Below are positions 1 to 13,071 of a stretch of DNA of 64,000 bases, one piece after another. The stretch comes from Paraspadella gotoi (lineage: Eukaryota > Animalia > Chaetognatha), in the NCBI GenBank assembly GCA_051294375.1, contig CM119265.1, positions 16,238,896-16,302,895 on the forward strand, written 5' to 3'. The notes under the pieces were generated by a model. It saw only the letters and a list, made by a program, of their open reading frames with translations. It did no database searches and was not told where the DNA came from. Position numbers and translations under genes: made by a program. Each line of letters opens with the position of its first letter. Position 1 is the stretch's first letter.

Positions 1-601
1 GAATTTCCAACGTCAACAATAAAAAAATCGATTCCAAAGAGAGAAAAAAAAATGAGAAGATGGAAAGAGGGAGTCATCGGAAATTTCAAAGAGAAGAGAT
101 CACCTCCGACTGTTACTTTGCTGTCGTCTTGCCGTCGATTCCAATTCACTTTGTCGTCACTGAGACATCGCGTTGTCGCAGCTTCGTCACTTTGCTGTCG
201 CTGTGCCGTCTAATTGTCATCACTTAGCCATCCTTGTACCATCGACGACGACGTTGCTTTGCCGTCAATTTTCATTCAATTTGCCATCATTTTGTAGTCG
301 CGGTGCCGTCGATTTTCAGTCGATCAGTCATTTCTATGCCATACCATCATTTCGCCGTCGCTTTCTCAATTCTAATTCGCTCTTTCCGACGAATATTAAG
401 CGTAGTACGCGTGACATGTGACGGATTAAACTGACGAAGGCCTTACGTAATTCGTGGCGATTTTTTTTTTTTTTTTTTAAATTCTTTATTTTTTTAAAGC
501 GACTTGATTTCATTAATTCACGACGGGAACATAGAAGCTGTCACGAAGAAAGTCTGGAAAGGGGGAAAAAAACGAAGGAGACTGAATGACTGTTGGTCGC
601 G

Positions 602-935
602 TTGAAACTGTAGGAATTATGATAGTTGTCTTAATTTATTTATCTGAATCGATTTCACGGAGCGAAATTTACTGAGCTTATCGCGTATAAAACGAGACGT
701 CACGCTTTTATCTTTTTGACTTTATAAAAGATAAACTGACGTTTTGACAGAACTTGAGACTGTAGGAATTATGACAGTTGTGTATAATGTATTTATCTGA
801 ATCGATTACACGGATCGAAATTTACTGAGCTTATCGTGTATAAAACGAATAGACAAACATGGCAGATAAAACGAGACGTCACGCTTTCATCTTTTTAACT
901 TTATAAAAGATAAACTGATGTTTTGACAGAACTTC
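602..935. repeat. Two-copy tandem duplication, unit ~153 bp
   Basis: ttga(a/g)actgtaggaattatga...gttttgacagaactt occurs at ~602-755 and again at ~755-935, the second copy with a short insertion. Confidence 0.9.
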
Positions 936-1222
936 TTGAAGTCACCGATGTAAACTTTGGACGAGAATGAAACTAAGAATGATCGTTTTTAAGTTCAACA
1001 TCGTCGTCATCTTCGTCAACGTCGGTCGCTCGCGTGAAGGTATAACGCTGCGTAACTTGCAAGTGTTGGATAAAAAAAAGTTTCCAAGTTCATCTGTAAA
1101 ATTTGTATTTTTAAGTGAGTTTATATATGTAGTCGGGCATTGACTGAATCGGAGGAAAAAAAGCGTCAGGGGAATGATTCGTCACGTAACCGACGTTCTA
1201 CGTCACCGTCTTTCCAGATAAG

Positions 1223-1686
<464 letters not shown>

Positions 1687-2819
1687 ACGTGAAATATGTG
1701 TGACTTTTATCGTCGGATAAAAATTGTGCTGCTGATGACTTAGTCTCGCGCGTCAAATGGTTACAGTTGCGCCCATTTCATAAAACGAGACGAAAGCTTT
1801 TTTTAGTTCTTTTAGTTCTTTTAGTATTATACTTATATACTTATATACTTATAATTTATAGTAGACATTGTATTTGATCTAAAACCTACATCTTCTTTTT
1901 TTTCCCTCCACATTTTTCGACGAGGCCCTTTTTTTACCAAGGTATATTTTCCCGCGCAGGTTGAGAATCGGTCACGTGACTTTAGGTTGAGGAAAGGGAT
2001 TATGATCCGAAGGTCAAGAGGTCATCCAGTAGTCTAAGGGTAAGGGTTATCGCTCGGAGAGGGAGGCCCTCTCTGAGGCTGGCTTTGGTTAGGACGAATA
2101 GACGTCCAATATTTTTAAAACTTTCAAAAAACTCGTGGAATAAAGTAATGAAGAGTAAAATAAAAATTTTAAAATGAATTTTCAAAAAGCGACCAAACAC
2201 CAAAGACTGTCATTTGCATCTCCTTTCATATGTTTTCTCTTTTATTAAATTTAAAAGTATCCATTATAAGTACAAATCTCCGTTATAAGTATTTGTATAA
2301 ATGACTTAATATGTTATAAAACAACGTTTTTTGACTTAAAGAATCCTGACATCTATTGACTAGTCGGCGAATTCCTTGGGCGGAACCACGAATTGGCTCA
2401 ACTAGGATTTTCGCCTTCATTTTTTACGTCGCGACGATTTATGGTCGAGGAAGAGATGATGAAGATGAAGATGATGATGATGATGATGAGGAGGAGGTTG
2501 AGGATGAGGAGGAGAAGGAGAAGGGGAAAAACGAATAAGAGAGACTAAACCTTAAGAGAAATTTAGGAGGGTGGTGAGCGCGGGTTGTTTAGTATGTTTA
2601 AACATAAAGAGTTAACTTAAAGGAAAAAAATAATAATTGTGAAGATAAGAGATAAGTATAGAACTTATGAAAGAAGAGTTTAATACCGTGTAGTTCTTGT
2701 CTATAAATTTTTATGATTTCCTGCTTCGAAGAAAAAGATTGAGCGAGAATAATGAAGAGAAGATGAAAAGGTCGGGTTTAGACTGGGACATTAGATAAAA
2801 CGTTGCGTCGAATGATGAA

Positions 2820-2882
<63 letters not shown>

Positions 2883-3587
2883 GAGAGAGGAGAGAGAGAG
2901 AGAGAGAGAGAGAGAAGAAAGTTAATAAGAAGACAGAGTTGAGTTGCCTTGGTTCTATTTGTATTATTTAACAAAAGCATTGTCTATCCTCTGTTGTTTT
3001 CGATTCATTAATGATGGTGGAAACAGGAGAAACGTCCATTTTTGACTCTTTTGAACATCAGTCGATGCTGGAAATGCTAGACACCTGACGCCCGACGCCC
3101 GCCGCCCGACGCCCGCCGTCAGACGCCCGACGCTCGTCGCCCAACGCCCGACGTTCCAACCGTGCCGACTCGAGTCCACCAAGCTCTTGTATTTGTCTCA
3201 CTCGTTCTTGTCGTCGTCCGAGTAATGAATTTGTTTGTCTAGGCCGGCGGCGGCGTCGTTGAAAGCGGGGCGGCGTCGTTCAAAGCGGCGGCGTCATCCT
3301 TTGTGTGGCCGACAACAACAAAAACAACAACAACTCTTCGTCCCATTATTTTCCGCTCGACGCCATCGCCGCAAATCGTATCCGTCTCCAGGTTCGCCTA
3401 ACGACGCTTGTCATAACAGCGTCAACGACGTCAACGGCGTCCGATCCATTCCGTGCCCCTTATGCTCCCCCCCCCAACCCGCATCTCCCGGTTGCGGATT
3501 TACGTTGTATTTGAGACAAAGTTGTGGTTTGGTTACCGGTCAACCTCCGTCAAACGGAAACTCTTCTATTCTATGTATTCAATGTAT

Positions 3588-3850
3588 TGGGGTGGTACAT
3601 TCAGACCACCTCACGTCCACAATCGTTCAGCCAATACCATTGGCTCAGATGGGGAACACACCATCCCAGGCGTTGTGTTCCTTCCACAGTCCTAACGATT
3701 TCGTTGGCAAAGCGAGAACGTCCTAGGGTAACCGCGCCAGTGACTGGATGCGTCACTGAGGGTCGGAAGCCCTCAAAGCCAACAGTGAGATGCCCCAACC
3801 CAATGGGCATCACAGGCAACCGGGCTGTTGCCATTTAATTTAATCAATTT
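3588..3850 (+). mobile_element. Hairpin-dense element, probable SINE or LINE 3' end
   Basis: At least six consecutive stem-loops (e.g. agccaat/attggct, ggaacaca/tgtgttcc, cagtgac/gtcactg, gatgccc/gggcatc, ggcaac/gttgcc) followed by an AT-rich atttaatttaat tail. The family assignment is inference. Confidence 0.35.
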
Positions 3851-4358
3851 AAGGTTTTTTCTGAAATGAATGAACAAACAATTTAAACTATTTAAACAAT
3901 TTAAATCGTGGAGATATTTATTATTTATTTTTGAGTTATTTTTTCTATTTGATTTTATAATATTATTTATTATTCTCATATTTATTTTATTTTTTATATT
4001 TTATTCCATTGTGTTATTCATTCTATGTCGTGGTAATAAAATATCATTTATTTTTTTTGCATGCAGGCAAGATTGGTAGAAAGAGTACAAAATTACTTTT
4101 TGTCACGTATCGTGACCCGTTTGAAAGTGGAGACGGCGAAAAATGGCGAAACTGCAAAAAGTCATTTTCATTTGAAACGCTATTTCATTTTCTCGCTCTC
4201 AAATCCGTCCGAGGATTTTTCTTTGTTAAATCCCATTCTTTGACTCTATAGTCAATTCGAAGAAATCGTGAGAAGAAATTCAATTGAACCGACAAACGGA
4301 CCGACAAATCAGACCGACCGAGAAATATCTTGGCTCCCCCAGAATCTCGAGGGACGAA

Positions 4359-4409
<51 letters not shown>

Positions 4410-5076
4410 GAACGAGAGGAGGCGTGGGGAGATTATGGGATCTGTCGGCAATGGGGAAAGCAGTTTGTTGAATGATTTTGTGTGGGTGGTGCCAAAGTGT
4501 GAAAGGAGTGAAGACTGAAGAGTGTAAGAGGAGTGCTTGCGTTGAGAAGGCTGTTTATGGAATCTCAGTGAAAAGCTGCATACTGTACAGTGCACAATGC
4601 ACACACATGGCACAGTGGGCGCTCGCAGGGGATTCTCGACAGTGAAGCGACAGTAAATAAGGGAACAGTGGAATCAGACTCAAAAACCAAGAGTCTTGAT
4701 TGTTCGTCTTCAAGACGCCACTGCCAGTCGAAAGGACAGACGCGCTCTGATAGATTAAGCGGACGGAATCGAAACGATTTCAAAACAAAACAAAAGACGT
4801 CGACCGTCTAGGAAGAAAATTAAAGATAATGGGAAACGCGCCTCTATTCTGGCGCTTACGCCCTTGGCGCCATTTCGTCGATAGGCTGAATAACGACCGA
4901 AGAGCTTGTGAAGAAGAAAAAAAATAAAGAATAAATGAGAAAAAAACCGATTGACTTACAATACTGACTAGTAGTCAGTGACTACTGTACTTTTCCCCGT
5001 TCGTTCTTCCGTTCCGATACGCGGTTTAGAGAATCGTCTGCTAACAGAGACTATAAAAATATGAGTGGAAAAATAC

Positions 5077-5640
5077 GAATAGGATTGACTACGATCTTCA
5101 GATATCGACACAGATCGAATAGAATTGACTATGATCTTCAAATATCGACACAGATCTTCTAAGATTGAGATCGACACAGATCGAATAGGATTGACTACGA
5201 TCTTCAGATATCGACACAGATCGAATAGAATTGACTACGATCTTCAGATATCGACACAGATCTTCTAAGATTGAGATCAATACAGATCAAATAGGATTGA
5301 CTACGATCTTCAGATATTGATACAGATCGAATAGAATTGACTACGATCTTCAGATATCGACACAGATCTTCTAAGATTGAGATCGACACAGATCGAATAG
5401 GATTGACAACGATCTTCAGATATCAACACAGATCGAATAGGATTGACTACAATCTTCAGATATCGACACAGATCAAATAGAATTGACTACGATCTTCAGA
5501 TATTGACACAGTTCTACTAAGATTGAGATCAACACAGATCAAATTGGATTGACTACGATCTTCAGATATATCAGATATATCAACGGATTACGACGAGAGT
5601 TTATGTCCAACATATTGATACAGATCTACTAAGATTGATG
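5077..5640. repeat. Minisatellite with a 106-bp higher-order unit (40+40+26 bp)
   Basis: Two 40-mers gaatag(g/a)attgactacgatcttcagatatcgacacagatc alternate with a 26-mer ttctaagattgagatcgacacagatc. The array decays toward the 3' end. Confidence 0.93.
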
Positions 5641-6122
5641 TAGATTTAGGTAGATCGTTTGAGATTCACCGAGATCGTCACGATATTTCTTTATTTCTTT
5701 TAACAATTCGACAATTTTGATGATTTATCTTTGAAAGGCTCCCACTATTTTTAAGGGATTTCGCTGCGTCAAATCAAAGAGTTTCCTATCACATCCTCGT
5801 TCGAAAAGACTTTCGGCCGATTCGCTCTTTGGTTCCAGACCTTCACTTCCCCGTCGTATTTGACTCTTTTCAGTTCATCGAGTTTATTGAATGGAAAATC
5901 GACGACGCTGATCAACGAGGGTTTCCACGGCCGCTGATGAAAAATCTAAGCAATGTTTTTTTTTTTGTTACCGGAAAAGTGACTTGTTAGCTGAAAACTC
6001 ATTCACACATTCAATGAATTTCTTGAAAGTTTTCTATCAATTAACTTTTTATTTTTTGTCAGCCTCCTTTGTGTCATTTTTTATGCTTCGAAGGGAGTTC
6101 ATCTTGAAGTCGATTTTATAAG

Positions 6123-6184
<62 letters not shown>

Positions 6185-6487
6185 CTTCAAGCTCTTTTCC
6201 CTCTTACTAATCTGCGTGTTTGTGTCACGATAAGAATTCTCTCCGACATTTCCGACGTAATATTTTTTTTCTCCGCAAAGCTCCAACATTTTCTTTTTCT
6301 GAGACCATCTCGAGACCTCGCACTCTCTCTCTCTCTCTCCCTCGCTCTCTATTTTGTTCGTCATTCTCTTCGTCTCCTCTTGTCTCCCCTTTTCGCAAAA
6401 ATTCCCTCCGATTTTACTTAAGTTTAAATTTTTTTTCCTTTTTTCTCTCTTTCTCTTTCTTTCTCCCTTTCCTTATCTCGTTTGCAG

Positions 6488-8088
6488 CAGCAACACCAGT
6501 TTCAAGACGATCCTCTGAGAGGCTACCATCATCTGTCTCAAGGTTAAGACGCAAAATCAAAGAAAAAAAAAACAAAACAAAAACAAAATGGCGTCTCGTC
6601 GATTAAGTCGACCGACGTCGTCGGTTTCGTCGTCGTCATCGTCGTCGTTCGATCGTGCCCCGTGTTTCGATTGTCTCGTGTTTTCGTATTTAGTCCTTTT
6701 TCTCGTTTTCATCATTTGTTTTTTTTTTCTTTTTAAATCGTCTAATAATTTATCGTTTTTTTTTCTTTTCGTACTAATGTCGCTTTTCATTCCACATCCC
6801 CCGCATCCTTTCCTTTTTTAACGAATCAGTTGTTATTCTCCTCTTCTTTCATCAGTATTCTCCCCCCCCGCCCCCACCAAAGAAGACGAATTGGTTTAAT
6901 TCTGACGGATCCTTTCTCTCGCTCCCCCTTTTCCGTCCCTTCGCAAATTAAACCCTTTTATCACCCATTAACCCATACAACACTTTTCCACCTTTCTGTC
7001 TTCTAACATTCTTTGGCCAGCACTCTTTTAACACTCTCCCTACCCACTTTTCTGTCTCTTTCATTCCTCCAATGTTTTCCCCCTTTCACCTCACAATCAT
7101 CAACTCCCCCTGGTTCTTTCTTTTTTTTTTCTCTCTCTCTCTCTTCTCATGCTACGTCTCCCCTTAAAAACTCCTCTTCTCCAACCATCCTCCCGATTCG
7201 CCCACTCCCCCCCCCCCTTCTCCCCCTCTCCCTCCCTTTTTCCACCCCGACCCTGACCCGTCTCGACTCCCCCCCCTATTCCACCTCCCGACCACCCAGG
7301 CCCCATACTTCCTACCTCCCCCGTGCCTCCATCGTGAACCATCGGCATCTGGACGCCTCCGGCTTAAGCTCCGGACTGGGGCTCGGCTCCGGGCTGGGCT
7401 TGGGCCTGGGTTCCGGCTTGGGCTCGGGCTTGAGTTCTGGCTTGAGCTCCGGCTTGGGATTGAGCTCCGGAATCAATCGAAGTTTTGGGCAGCATCTTAA
7501 AGCCACCATCGCCACTGGTCAAAGGTGAGGTTTGACCGCTCTTCAATTTGCTCTTTAGACTCGAGGGAAATTATTAGTTATAGTGCTCTGGTCACTTAAC
7601 CGTGGAGGTGAGGGTATGATTTGGTCATATGCTTCTTTCATGTATTGTATACCTATTATTTTACTATATATATTTTATACTTGAAATATAAAACTGTTTG
7701 AGCCGTTTAACAGTCAACGTGTTCTTGATATTTCCTTTCAATATTTTAGAAATTTTACAAAATTTTTTAAAACATTTCTATGCAAAATTAAACCATTTAC
7801 GGTAAAATACATACAAGTCAATATTTATTTTCCACCAACATTTTAACTCGACCCTACCGCTGTCACTTATATTTATCCTACCCAATTTTACCAAATATGC
7901 CCTTCACGATTGACAATATTTGGAGCGCACAAATTGAAAATCTTTTCTATAAGTATAACTGTTGTTGGTAGGTTTCACAATCATTTAACCGTAATTTTTT
8001 TTTTAAATTCAGGTTCGTGTTGTATTCATCTGGATATTCGTCTCCTTCGCTGTCATCTCTGGACACGGAGCGATCGACAGAAGTCTGA
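6488..8088 (+). CDS. 3' exons of an unidentified gene: low-complexity tail ending in a class I PDZ-binding-like motif (-STEV*)
   Basis: Phase-compatible GT-AG exons 6488-6542, 7300-7524 and 8013-8088 read ATPVSRRSSERLPSSVSRPHTSYLPRASIVNHRHLDASG-(LSSGLGLGSG-like repeat)-INRSFGQHLKATIATGQRFVLYSSGYSSPSLSSLDTERSTEV*. A possible upstream exon at 3243-3391 is also phase-compatible. The 5' part is unresolved. Confidence 0.55.
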
Positions 8089-8781
8089 ACAACTATTATA
8101 TTAAGAATCTTTTTGAAATCTAGGTTGATTTCTTAATTTTAATTCCTTTGATTTCATTTCTGTTGTACCGCTATCAATTTTTTAAACGAAATCATTTTTC
8201 CTCCCTGACCCGACGAACCGCCCGTCATTCACATTTTTTTTTTTTCGTTTTCGGCGCTCAAGATTTTCCCGCCATAAGCTCTTGTTCCTTTGTTTTATTC
8301 ATATTGCATTTTCGAGACGCCCTCACTCGTCTTTCTTCCTCTTCCTCCTCTTTCTTCTCTTCCTCGCCCTCGTCCCGCCCTCTGTCGTTGCAGCCTGTTG
8401 GGCCAAGCCAACCTAAGCCGGAGATTCCGATGGAAGTCCGCGAGGTTTTAAAGCCGCGGACGTCGTCCCTCCCGCTTCTTTTTTCTTCTATTTTTTTTTC
8501 TCCTCCATCTTTCTTCTCCCTTCCCAATTCTCACTTTACTACATTTTTTTTTTATTTCTCATTTTCCATCTCTTTCCTCTTTTTTTCTCTCTCTCTCTCA
8601 TATCCCGTCTTCTCTATTTTTTCTTCTCTCTCAATTCCATCCTACTACGTCTCAGTCATTTCTTCTCTTCTTTTCTTTCCTCTCTTTCCCCGTCATCTTA
8701 TATCCCGGGCGAAGAAATGACGTGGCGACATCGGGTTCTTTTTTTTATTCGGCCGCCTCTGCCTCTAATGAGGTTCGACTG

Positions 8782-8884
8782 AGAAGAACTCGGTCCAGTC
8801 CGCGGTCTCTTTCGCCCTTCTCATCTAAAACTAAGAAGAACTCGGTCCAGTCCGCGGTCTCTTTCGCCCTTCTCATCTAAAACT
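8782..8884. repeat. Direct tandem repeat, 2 x ~52 bp
   Basis: agaagaactcggtccagtccgcggtctctttcgcccttctcatctaaaact is present twice in tandem. Confidence 0.92.
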
Positions 8885-10481
8885 CCCTCGCAGCTTTTTC
8901 TTTGCTTTTCTCTGCTCTCCTTTAACGTCTCTCCCTAATAAGTCTTTCACAATCACTCTTATTGCTTTTTTTTTTTTAAAGCACTTCCCACTTTTGTTTA
9001 ATTTTGTTTTCCTTCGATAGTTTCAGTTCCGATTTATAAACTTTATGGGTTCTTATTTTAATGCACGAACCAAAAAAAAAAAAAAACCAAACAAAAAAAC
9101 ACTGGATGCTGCTTACACCATCTTCAGTGCGTCCTGATTTAGTCCACAATACAGTCCACTTTTGAGCGACCTCATTCCGCCACCCACTCCACTTTTCACA
9201 ATTTCTCCCACCCCCTGCTTTCCACGAGTTTCCATCTCAAAGTCAAACCCCAATTTTTTGTTTTTTATTTTTCTAATTTCGTTTCCGTCAATTTTTTGCT
9301 CTTTTGTCTCGCAAGAGAAACCGACGAATTTCTCGATCGACGCGGCGACGGTCATTTTATTATCTCTATTCCTCTCTTATCTTTTTCAAAATGAAACTTC
9401 GATCAAAATTCTGGTTTGTCGGAATTTCTTAGTTCGCTCATTTCGTTATAAGACCGTCCGCTCGGCGGCGCTCGGGAATTCGTCAAAAGGGCAAATATCA
9501 AAAAAAAAAAAAAAAAACCTTCTCTCCGCGCAAAGAATTGTCGGAAATGAAAAGCGAATTGCTCTCGCCATTAGTTTTTGTTTAATTTTTATATTGTTGT
9601 TGTTGTTGTTGATTTTTTAGTCGCTCGTGGGAAACCACAAATCGCCCTTCTTATCGGAGCCCGAAATTCTGGGAACCTAAAATGAGGTGTCGCCCGTTTA
9701 TCGCACTGAAAGCTTAAGTACTATCTGACTGTTAAAAGAGGGGGATCATTAAGTGGTTCGAATTCGAATATAAAAAAAAACCAGAAGAAACAATAGCAGG
9801 TCCCCGTTCAGGCGCTTCTGGCATTGAGTTTCGTCATCAATGCAATTAAGTTACATATTTTGTTCGTTATATAAAACTGGCCGTTGCCATCACGTAATAT
9901 ATAGCGCGATACGGTATTTCAACTGCATTATCGTAATATTTTTACCAAGTTACACTTACCGTTATAAGCGAAATCTGTAAATTGTAATGCTTTTAATATT
10001 TATAATAATTTTTTTTTTGTAAATTAATTAAAAAATACGATTAGTATATCTGAACTCTTGTTCCTTCTTGTTTTATTCGCTGCCGTTTGGGGGGAAGAAA
10101 AGGCGCGAAGTGAGATTTAAATGGGTGAAAGAATGAGTGGTTGGTATTATTAGTAAAAGAAGTCTATTCCAGTGTTAAAAAAAAATTTAAGTAGTGAAAA
10201 ATAGTAAAGTACATAAGGCGTAAGGACTAGCAGGAGGAGGATGATGAAAAGGGGCTCAGAAATGGGCGAGGCTGTTACGGTGAGGTGATTCCCGAGACGA
10301 CAAAATTCAGGGGATTAATTTTCCGTCGAAAAAATGAAAAAAAAAAACTTTTTTCGTTCTCCTTTACGTGGAAATTAGAGAGAAAAAAAATGTAATTTGA
10401 AATTCCTCTCGTGCTTCCGAGCGAAAAACTGAACCAGTAGGTTATCATCTTCTTGGGGCTCATAAGGTATTCATTAATTCC

Positions 10482-10517
<36 letters not shown>

Positions 10518-10539
10518 TCTCTCTCATCTCTCTTCTCTC

Positions 10540-10606
<67 letters not shown>

Positions 10607-11772
10607 AGAGACGTCATGGGAGGAGTCCAAGAAAGAAGGCCTTCGATAGTAACGAGGCGAGGAAAATCCCTCGGTAATCCCGCCCCTCCTTTATATTTTT
10701 TTTTTGGGGGTGGGGCTAAAGACCCGCCCTCTGGCCATGAATAAAAACTTACTTTTTCACACCATTCACCCTCATCGTGAAAGAAATAAGGCACTCGGGA
10801 GTGGTTTCATCTCAAGTTAAGGTGGAAGCCTTTTAAATACTTTCAGCGTTCGCCCCTTTACTTCCCCAAAGCAGTTGCTGTAACCAAGGAGGTTTGTAAA
10901 TAAATAATGACGCCAGCTCACCCGCAGTGTTTATTATAGAGAAATAACCAAACAAAAACATTGTTTGTTGCTTTTTTACGATTTTGATGATGTTGCTCCG
11001 AACTTATGTATAATTATGTACGCCAGGCGTTAAGCATGATTTACTTAAAAATTGCTAATAACAAAATAAAAACAACCGTTAAAATTATACGAAATAAAGG
11101 CCGAGATTAAAAAAATATCTAATAAAAAAAAAAACCCGAACGTTTTCATTTAATCCACTTCACTGATAATCAATCGGACACCAAAAAAATACAGAGAGAA
11201 TTTATTCAATGTGTTTTGCCTCCAAACATCGCGCACACAAGTAGCTTTTTGTCAGTTCCTATTTTAATTCTGTCATTTGTCAATGTAATGAAAAAAAGTG
11301 AGGTTAATGATAAAAAAAAAAAAAGTATCCAAAGTTTAGTCTTGTGTCCCAAAAGCGAAATAACGTCGCGTCCAATTTAATTTTATCATTAACATCGATT
11401 TCTTTATCTTTTTTTTTTGTTTGCGTCACCTTTTCTTTTACCCGCGAGAGAAGACGTGAATTGTTTTCTTGGATATGTTTTTTCAGTGTTATTATTGCTA
11501 ACTAATTTGTAGTTGGTGTATTTACAAACTCACAAAAACAACTACTAAGTCACGAGAGAATAAATATAACATTTTGCACCCTTCTCCCGTAATTAACAGA
11601 GATATTATTAAATTAGCTAACTAACGGATAAAAAAAAAACTATTATAAAATTACAAAAAGAAGGAAGATATAAATTGGTTCCTCGTTTTGTTTAAATTTT
11701 CGCCTGTGTTATTTATGAATTTTAAGGCCGCGATAGACTGCGACGAAGATAACGATGCGAACTGAAAGACGC

Positions 11773-11809
<37 letters not shown>

Positions 11810-13071
11810 CACGACCATGTATGCTGGAGGCGGCGTAGTTTCCATTGGTTTGGGAAAATGAAAAAAATTGTCGACGTATCTCTCTGTAATCTCTGTTTCT
11901 GCGCCGGAACAAATTAAAGAATAAACATAAAAATGTTATCGACATTTGTATCAGTTTTTCTTTCACCAAATGGCATAGAGTATTAAATGAAATTCATTTA
12001 CAAGATATATTTTTTAGATGTTCAGTTTTTAGTGACATTAAACTCGAAGAACCATAATTAAATCTATAACAATACTTACAGTTTAGATATACATGAAGTG
12101 TGTTCGTTGTTCAATGCAAATAAAAATCGGTTACTGCACCTCTCCCAAAAGTTGTGAAGGATAAATTTTTACTAGTTCATATACTCGCGATAGCGACAAA
12201 AAGTATTTAAAAAGACAAAACAAAAACAAAAACTGTACCTTAAAGGTTTAGATATTTCGAAAATAGAAACAAACATATAACAGCAAAAAAACAAAATACA
12301 AATATTACACGATAAAAACGAAAAACTATCTCATTGTGGGTTTTTTGTCGGGCAAATATGAGAATAATCAAAAGAAAAACTATTTCCGAAAAATGGAAAT
12401 AAATTTAAATTCTCTTCAATATTAGATAATTTTCGATCTTTAGTTGTTTTTTCGCGTTTTCATTGGGAAAAGGCAGAAACCCAATGTAATTTCCGTCAAA
12501 ATGAAAATCGTATTATGAAAGGGAAAGGAAATATTTTATTGTTATTTTAAATGTATTAAGAATTTTTTTTTTTTAAAAATGATTAGTTTCTCGATAGGAA
12601 AGTATTTTATTTTTTTATCCTGCAGCTCATTTTTTTTTAGCCACGCTCTCAATAAACAAGCATGGGCAAAGACGAGGTAGAAACCAAGAGCTTCATTCTC
12701 GACCCCATCAAAATGTAAATGTAAAACGTCGATAGATCAGTCGGTGTTTTTGGAAAAGATGGCCTAATTAAACTGCTCAGACTTGCGAGTTCTAGTTCGA
12801 TAAATTTATGACGTAAAGGATATTTTGACATTTTCTCTTGAATCTTGTTGAGACTTGAGTCAAAGATGGATGCATCGTATGACAAGACAATTAACGATTG
12901 ATAGGGGGTAATGGTAGCAATAATTAACTTAAAATAAATAACTAGAGGAGACACTTCTTCGACCAATTTTTTTCTTATTTTTAATTTTCATATCTCTTTT
13001 GCCCCTGACCGGCCCTTACCCCCCCAAAAGTCTCCGTGGTCCAAAGTTTATGGGACGGAGACTGAAAGTGA

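Noticed and set aside
7312-7515. (PE/PK)n protein on the minus strand
   Set aside because: Splice sites and phase continuity favour the plus-strand Gly/Leu/Ser reading.
11651-11845. METTPPPAYM-(V)14 ORF as a signal-peptide first exon
   Set aside because: The hydrophobic run is a (GTC)n trinucleotide repeat, there is no canonical donor, and no downstream exons could be linked. Not fully excluded.
12649-12966. 105-aa minus-strand ORF downstream of STX8
   Set aside because: Non-ATG start, no recognisable motif or consistent splice sites; probably 3' UTR or intergenic.
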